Positions 53,823 to 64,000 of a stretch of DNA of 64,000 nucleotides are shown here, piece after piece (position 1 is the stretch's first letter; every line of letters starts with the position of its first letter). Made by a program: the position numbers and the translations under genes. Below the pieces are notes generated by a model that was not told the DNA's origin, did not search any database, and saw only the letters and a list, made by a program, of their open reading frames with translations. The DNA is taken from the NCBI RefSeq assembly GCF_009914755.1, contig NC_060936.1. One strand, given 5' to 3'. This DNA comes from the human T2T-CHM13v2.0 reference genome, Homo sapiens.

Positions 53823-56800
53823 CCTTTATTTGTTAGACATGAAATGTTATCATATTATTATATGTGTTTATATTTCTAAGATGTAAGGAGGTGCAAATTT
53901 TCTTATGTTTATCGTCTGTATTTTTTTCTCCAAATAGACCATCAATATTTGTTTGGATTATTTCTTCAACTAGATTCACTCTTCTTAATCTGTAGAAGGT
54001 TTTAATTTTTTAAAAATTATTATAGATGATACTGGTAGATTTAATTTGCTAAAAATGTAGATATAAATACCAGCTGCAATGATCTAATCATTTGCCAAGT
54101 GAGATTTATAAGCATTATAGGTATTTTCCACTCACTAAATAGAAGTAAATTCAGATATCTGTTAACCCCATTTTATTTCCTTTCCCTCTCCCATTACCCT
54201 AACTTCTAGCATGATGTGTGTTAACAGTAATAAAACTTATGTTTTACTATGTATGTTATAAAATGTAAAACAGTAAGAAAGTAGTGCATAGGAAGGTTAA
54301 ATAATTTTTCTAAGAGAATAGATCTATCTAGTAAGTAAGAGAGCCAGTTTAACTTAGGTTACTGGGCTTCAGAGTGAACATGCTTATCTATTTTGGCATC
54401 TGTCTTTGAAATTCTCATGAAAAATTATTTGACAAATAAAAAAATAAGCTAACCCTAGCAAATATTGAATCATTATTATTCTAATCAATGGAATCTCCTT
54501 TTATTATTAGATTACCTGAGGAGAGAAGATGATCAAAATGGAATGGAAAGGATCAAATAAAGAAGAGAGATATTTAATCTATATATTTAATTATATATAC
54601 TTATTTATGATATTGTTCATTGTTTTATTTTACCACTTCACTATTCTGCAAAAAAAAACATAAATGCAAAATTTTTAATAATTTGTTGCCAACCTATAAG
54701 ACAAGTGAAATAAATGAGAAAAAACTTAAAGTATAATGGTAGAAATCTATGTTTGTAAATTTCAACAATCAATAAGAAGTAGAATTATTCAAGCAACAGA
54801 ACTCCTTGTGATTACATGTTTCAAAAATAAAAAGATGATTTTGTTCCAATAAATATTCTAAATTACTACATATATTTGTCAATATATTGATGAGTTAATA
54901 TTAAGATTAGTATAGATTTTAAATTTCTACATTTTTTCTCTTAACTATAAACAAAGTTCATTATCTTATGATGAATCTTTGTATTTACTTTCATTCAACA
55001 CTGAAAATTCTAAAATAAAAAAAGATGAGAAAATCTTATTGAAGCATTTGGACATCCATATTGTTATTATTAACATATATTTATATGTGTGTATATAAAT
55101 CATATGTAATATATATCAAATTATTACACACATTGGTTTACTTTTTCAACACTATTTTAAATTAACTACATTTTTACTGTTTCTCTTTTTTTATTGCTTT
55201 TTCCTCATTTCCTACCTCTTATTAGAATATTTTTCATTTTGTCTGAAAACATCCTTTAGTATTGCCTTTAATGAATGCCTATTTATGAGAAATTTTTTCA
55301 GGTTTTTTTTTGTCTAAAAATACCTTGTTTTCTTGAATAATATTTTCATATTCTTGATTAGTGATTATTTTATTTTTGCATTTATGTATATCATTCCATT
55401 GAGTAGTATTGCTTGTTTTAAGATAATTTTTTAAAATAAAATTATCTCTTGTATGGTTTTTCGCATTTTTCTACCAACTGGTTTCTTTTTATATATGCTT
55501 CTTGTGATTCAAAGGACTTCTTAAGATGGTGGCTCCTAGGTTTTATCAATTATTTTTGGTTATATATACTGGTTATACTGAACTCTCAATTAAGGCAATC
55601 AATGCAACATCATTATTACCAAGTTTAAAATAATTTGTAACTGCTAAAGATACAAAATATGTATATAACAACTATTTAAATAAGAATTTTAAGCTTCAGA
55701 ATGTTACGGATGAAATAGAGGAAATTATATTTACTTTTACAAACCAAATGTTCATATTGCTTATTAATCTTAATGTAAAAAATCTGTATTGTGCCTGATA
55801 AATGAGTCAATATGTGAATTTAAAGCAGAGGATGTGTTTTTAAATATGACTCTTTAAATTACTAAGAGGTAATGCATCACTATATTAACTTAAATAACAT
55901 ATAGCTCTAAATATTGTACTCAAATTCAGCATCTATCAGGATATAAAAATAGTGCTTGTGTTTATATAATGACAAATAGCACTTGGCAAAACAGAAATTT
56001 CAATTAACTAATTATTCTGTCAATGATCTAAATCTATTTTACTGAATATTTGATTAAAAGGCTAAATTAGCTTTACCAATAACCTCAGGTTATTTGGTAA
56101 TTGTGTTTAGATTCTGTGATAGTTTATTCTATGCCTGATTTACCAGTCATAAATTATGTATAAAACTTTTATAGAGTTTTAGCTCCTTTTACTAAGATCA
56201 TCTTCTTTGTGGTCTGCACATTAGTTTTGATGAGAAAATTTATAATTTAACATTCAGATTAGAGTCTTCATTCTGGAACAAGTATATTGGTTAGAAAATC
56301 ACAAATCTGTATTTCAGTTTCGGTACACTTAAAATCATTAAAATAATCAACTTTAGGCAGTTAGTATATATCTCTAAGTCACTTAAGCAGAATACCATGA
56401 AATTGCATTTCTGCTACTTTGAAACACAAGTCTTTTAGAACTGATGTAAACAATATAAAAAGTAAAAAGTCTAATTAACTCATTTCTGACATTAGCTTAC
56501 TCAGTATTCAGAGATATTGCTTATTCTGATGAAAGAGAACCTTTGAGTTATAAAAGAACATTCTGCTATCATAATCACAAATACAATTCCCAGGGTTGTT
56601 CCATTACAGCCAGGCAATTGGTTTTTTTGTTAGACTATGATATGAAATACGAGCGATATTTGAATACATTGGTCAAGTTCTTTTCAGTTTATACATAATC
56701 ATAGATTCTTACAATTGACTGGGGCCTTACAGATTATACAATCTCTTCATTTTTCACATGAGAAAAATAAGAATACAGAAACAATAGCCATCCTATTTTT

Positions 56801-57477
56801 CTTTTTTACTAATATAACACCAACTTTATTTGCATGTCAACATACTACTTTAAAATATTCATATAATCATACTACTTTGTTGATACAGATATCACATTTA
56901 TAGCTGATGATATGTTAGCAGATATCTAGTGGATAGAATTCCCGGATTGTTTCCTCATAAAAAGAATAGATTCAGCTGATTTTGCCTTTAGTCTTTTTCC
57001 TTTACTTTTTCCCACCTAGAGGTCACATGGCTTATTAGAAGTTGGACTAGCTGACTTGCAACCAGGGATATAACATGCACATGCTAACGATGCTGGATTA
57101 CAAAGAAATGTAATATCTACTTGATCAGTTGCAGTTTGGACTGCTTAGCTCTGGGCCTCTTTGTTATAATAAAAATATAATCTTATTAGGGAAACCACTG
57201 CAGCTAGCTTTCTTTTTTATGCAGCTACATTTATTTTTAACTAATATAGTCATACTAGTATAGTGGCATTGATAGAACTTGCACTTAGCACTAATAAGTC
57301 AATACAATACTGTTTCCACTAAACTATACTGTCTATAAGCATTCATGTTTTAGTGGTCACACATTTACATACCATTGATAGTAAAAACTAAAAGGATGAA
57401 AGAAGAAATCTTTACAAAGCAAAATTTAATTATAATTATGATATCATAACATAATTATAATCGTGATCTCTTATATC

Positions 57478-57752
57478 CTTCTTTTTTTTTTTGAGACAGA
57501 GTCTCATTCTGCTGCCCAGGGTGCAGTGGCTGCTCACTGCAACCTTGAAGTTCTGGGCTCAAGTGTTCCTCCAGCTTCAGTCTCCAGAGTAGCTGGGATT
57601 ATACCACATCCAGCTAATTTATTTTTATTTTTTACAGAGACAGGGTCCTGCTATGTTGCCCAGGCTGATCTTGAACTCCTGGCTTCAAACAATCCTCCTG
57701 CTTTGGCCTCTCAAAGCACTAGGATTAAAGTCATGAATCACCCCACCCAGCC
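57478..57752 (-). mobile_element. AluJ, diverged with small internal deletions
   Basis: Antisense dimer; cttatat on both flanks. Confidence 0.88.
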
Positions 57753-59456
57753 TTATATATGTTTTGAAGAAAACAGAAGAGAAGAAGTTGAGTTTTAGAA
57801 TAGCTTTTCTGTGAACTATTATACAAATTCTTACTCCCCTGAGTAAATAATCATTATTTTCTATCAGATGATGCTTTCCTCTTTCTTCCCATTTATCTCC
57901 TTCCCCTAGATCAAGAACGCTGAAGTCACTCCAGCCTTTTCCTGCTCCTTAACTTCTCTGATGATTTAATTATTTTTCAACCCTTTTACTTATTTCCCTC
58001 AGCATTTTTCAAATGTATGGTATCCTCTTGACCATGCATAGTCAGGTCTTCATTGCTAATAAACTAAATCATTGCAATTTTATTATCTCTTGTCTTCTTG
58101 CTTTCCATATTTTCCTGATCTAATATATTCTGCATAATTTTGCAAATCAAAAACCTTTCTGAATGCTAACTCTGTCAACATGTCCACTTTATGTCACACT
58201 CAAAAATGCACACACACTACTGAAAATTAGAATCTAATATTGGTTTGTTTTTATAAGACTTACTATTTGACCACTTCAGACATATATATCTTACTATAAT
58301 AATTTTCCATTCACCGTCACTGATTTATTTACCATGATTATTTTTCACCCACTTTATAATCCATCCAAAGTAGACTCTTCCTCATTCTCTGCATATGGAT
58401 TTGAATTTTCTACCTCTTTTTCTAGGCTTCCTCAATTTGTCTACATAAAAGTCTCTTTCATTTCCCTATGTTCAAACATATAATACCTCCTTCATAAAGC
58501 ATTTCCTCATTTTCAAATATTTTGATTAAGAATAACATTCTTTCAATAGATTTTTTACAATATTAGTTTATTTTGTTTGCTCGTTTTACTTATTTATGAA
58601 ACTAGTATTTTCCAACCTGTTTAAGGAGCACTCAGAAATCCATATTGCATGTAGCATTTCACAAGAAGATTTAGAAACCTGAGTAACTATCTTAAATAAA
58701 TATTCTCTAAACTTATATTTTACAAAGATATATTGGCATCAACAGTACAGGGTACTTATCAGACAATAAATAATATCTAGAATACAGCTTGGTTTATAAG
58801 CGTCTTTAACAAAGAGATGCTTCTGCTCTCTGTGTTTGAAGTTAGGTTGCTTTGGGTTTCAGGAGTCTGAGAAAAGGCTAAGGGCCTTTGTAGATATAAT
58901 TTCTACAAGTAATTTGTTTAGCTCTGCATTGAAGAAAGAATCAGATGAATTCTGCCATTCACTTGTTTTCTGTTTGGGAAAATGGTGACAATGGATGATG
59001 AACACAGAGGTAGCATGATAATGGAAGATTTCCACATCTTCTGGAGTGCTGCTGTTAAGAGAGACTCTTCTTTCACATCCTTCTTTTTACCTCCAATGAC
59101 ATGGTACTGAATGCTCTGTATTCACTTATCTTTAGAACATGAATAAAACCATATTGAGAAAAATGTTTTCAGAAATGGAGGCAAAACTTTTCATTAGTAA
59201 AGTTTGGCAATTCTTTTCTGTGCCTCATAATGTTTTGTGCATACCGTTGCATTTCTGTGTTGTTCAGCTCTGTGATTACCATATTTCATCAACTCTCAGC
59301 TAAATTCTTTTACATTTTTCTACTTGAGTTATTAAAATATGTCCTATAATCACAATTAGAAAGAAAGTTTCTTTACTACACTACATGAGAGCTACTCTAT
59401 AATGCTGTTGTCATTGATTTCACCTAATTTAACTTACCTATCAAAGATATTTACAT

Positions 59457-60485
59457 GGGGCGGTTCCAAGATGGCCAAATAGGAACAGCTCCAGTCTACA
59501 GCTCACAGCATGAGTGACGCAGAAGATGGGTGATTTCTGCATTTCCAACTGAGGTACCAGGTTCATCTCACTGGGGCTTGTCAGACAGTGGGTGCAGGAC
59601 AGTGGGTGCAGCCCAACAAGCGTGAGACAAAGCAGGGCCAGGCATTGCCTTACCCGGGAAGCACAAGGGGTCAGGGAATTCCCTTTCCTAGCCAAGGGAA
59701 GCTGTGACAGACAGGACCTGGAAAATCGGGTCACACCCACCCTAATACTGCACTTTTCCAATGGTCTTAGCAAACGGAGCACCAGGAGGTTATATCCCGC
59801 GCATGGCTCGGAGGGTCCCACAGCCATGGAGCCTCACTCATTGCTACCACAGCAGCATGAGATCGAACTGCAAGGCAACAGCGAGGCTGGGGAGGGGTGC
59901 CCGCCATTGGTGAGGCTTCAGTACATAAACAAAGTGGCCAGGAAGCTTGAACTGGGTGGAGCCCACCACAACTCAAGGAGGCCTGCCTGCCTCTGTAGAC
60001 TCCACCTCTGCGGGCAGGGCATAGACGAACAAAAGGCAGCAGAAACCTCTGCAGACTTAAATGTCCCTGTCTGACAGCTTTGAAGAGAGTAGTGGTTCTC
60101 CCAGCACGCAGCTGGAGATCTGAGAACGCACAGAAGGGACCCTCCTCAGGTGGGTCCCTGACCCCCGAGTAGCCTAACTGGGAGGCACCCCCCAGTAGGG
60201 GCAGACTGACACCTCACACGGCCGGGTACTCCTCTGAGACAAAACTTCCAGAGGAAGGATCAGGCAGCAACATTTGCTGTTCACCAATATCTGCTGTTCT
60301 GCAGCCTCTGCTGCTGATACCCAGGCAAACAGGGTCTGGAGTGGACCTCCAACAAACTCCAACAGACCTGCAGCTGAGGGTCCTGACTGTTAGAAGGAAA
60401 ACTAACAAACAGAAAGGACATCCACACCAAAATCCCATCTGTATGTCACCATCATCAAAGACCACAGGTAGATGAAACAACAAAG
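59457..60485 (+). promoter_or_regulatory. L1 5'UTR internal sense/antisense promoter with YY1 site
   Basis: YY1 motif aagatggc at 59468-59475; many CpGs have decayed to TpG/CpA. Confidence 0.75.
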
Positions 60486-61500
60486 ATGGGGAAAAAACAG
60501 GGCAGAAAAGCTGAAAATTCTAAAAATCAGAGTGCCTCTCCCCCTCCAAAGGAATGCAGCTCCTCGCCAGCAACAGAACAAAGCAGGACGGAGAATGACT
60601 TTGATGAGTTGAGAGAACAAGGCTTCAGATGATCAAACTTCTCTGCGCTAAAGGAGGAAGTTCAAATCCATCACAGAGAAGCTAAAAACCTTGAAAAAAT
60701 ATTAGACGAATGGCTAACTAGAATAACCAGTGTAGAAAAGTTCTTAAATGACCTGATGGAGCTGAAAACCACAGCACGAGAACTACGTGACGAATGCATA
60801 AGCTTCAGTAGCCGATTCGATCAACTGGAAGAAAGGGTATCAGTGATTGAAGATCAAATGAATGAAATGAAGCGAGAAGAGAAGTTTAGAGAAAAAAGAG
60901 TAAAAACAAATGAACAAAGCCTCCAGGAAATATGGGGCTATGTGAAAAGACCAAATCTACACCTGATTGGTGTACCTGAAAGTGACGGGGAGAATGGAAC
61001 CAAATTGGAAAACACTCTGCAGGATATTATCCAAGAGAACTTCCCCAACCTAGCAAGGCAAGCCAACAGTCAAATTCAGGATATACAGAGAATGCCAAAA
61101 AGATACCCCTCAAGAAGGGCAACTCCAAGACACATAATTGTCAGATTCACCAAAGTTGAAATGAAGGAAAAAATGTTAAGGGCAGCCAGAGAGAAAGGTC
61201 AGGTTACCCGCAAATGGAAGCCAATCAGACTAACAGCGGATCCTTCTGGAGAAACTGCAAGCTAGAAGAGAGTGGGGGCCAATATTCAACATTCTTAAAG
61301 AAAATAATTTTCAACCCAGAATTTCATATCCAGCCAAACTAAGCTTCAAAAATGAAGGAGAAATAAAAGCCTTTACAGACAAGCAAATGCTGAGAGATTT
61401 TGTCACCACCAGGCCAGCCCTACAAGAGCTCCTGAAGGAAGCACTAAACATAGAAAGGAACAACTGGTACCAGTCACTGCAAAAACATGCCAAAAAGTAA
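60486..61500 (+). pseudogene. L1 ORF1: L1 ORF1p (RNA-binding protein), disrupted
   Basis: ATG-GGG-AAA start; KRPNLHLIGVPE and RRATPRHIIVRFTK; premature TGA near 60630 and a frameshift near 61255. Confidence 0.93.
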
Positions 61501-61563
61501 AGACCTTCGATGCTAGGAAGAAACTGCATCAACTAATGAGCAAAATAACCAGCTAACATCATA

Positions 61564-64000
<2,437 letters not shown>

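Noticed and set aside
59586-59612. Repeated cagtgggtgcag in the L1 5'UTR
   Set aside because: As I recall, part of the older L1PA consensus rather than a locus-specific event

Overview
AT-rich, CpG-poor, repeat-dominated primate genomic DNA. It is almost certainly human, because it carries an AluYb8. I found no recognisable host protein-coding exon, RNA gene or CpG island, so it reads as intergenic or deep-intronic sequence. The window holds layered transposon history: L2, MIR, HAL1/L1M, MER5A, MER63, MADE1, MaLR LTRs (MST/THE1/MLT1), solo ERV LTRs (LTR2-, LTR9/MER61- and LTR47-like), AluJ/S/Yb8, two twin-primed (5'-inverted) L1PA insertions, two very short L1PA tails, and an L1PA4-6-type element with an intact 5' end running from 59457 off the window end. 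The listed ORFs are either L1 remnants or appear to be chance frames in repeats and low-complexity DNA. Most notable observations: (1) a ~160-bp templated duplication with fold-back hairpins at both junctions inside a (TA)n tract that also holds a solo LTR; (2) a complex deletion plus duplication in L1 ORF2; (3) three DUX4-type motifs in clustered MaLR LTRs; (4) a dense ETS/MEF2/YY1/octamer/CCAAT motif cluster in unique DNA; (5) a few splice-site-bounded candidate exons. I do not see convincing evidence of a new biological system. Subfamily names come from recalled consensus sequences, not a database search, and boundaries of old repeats are approximate.
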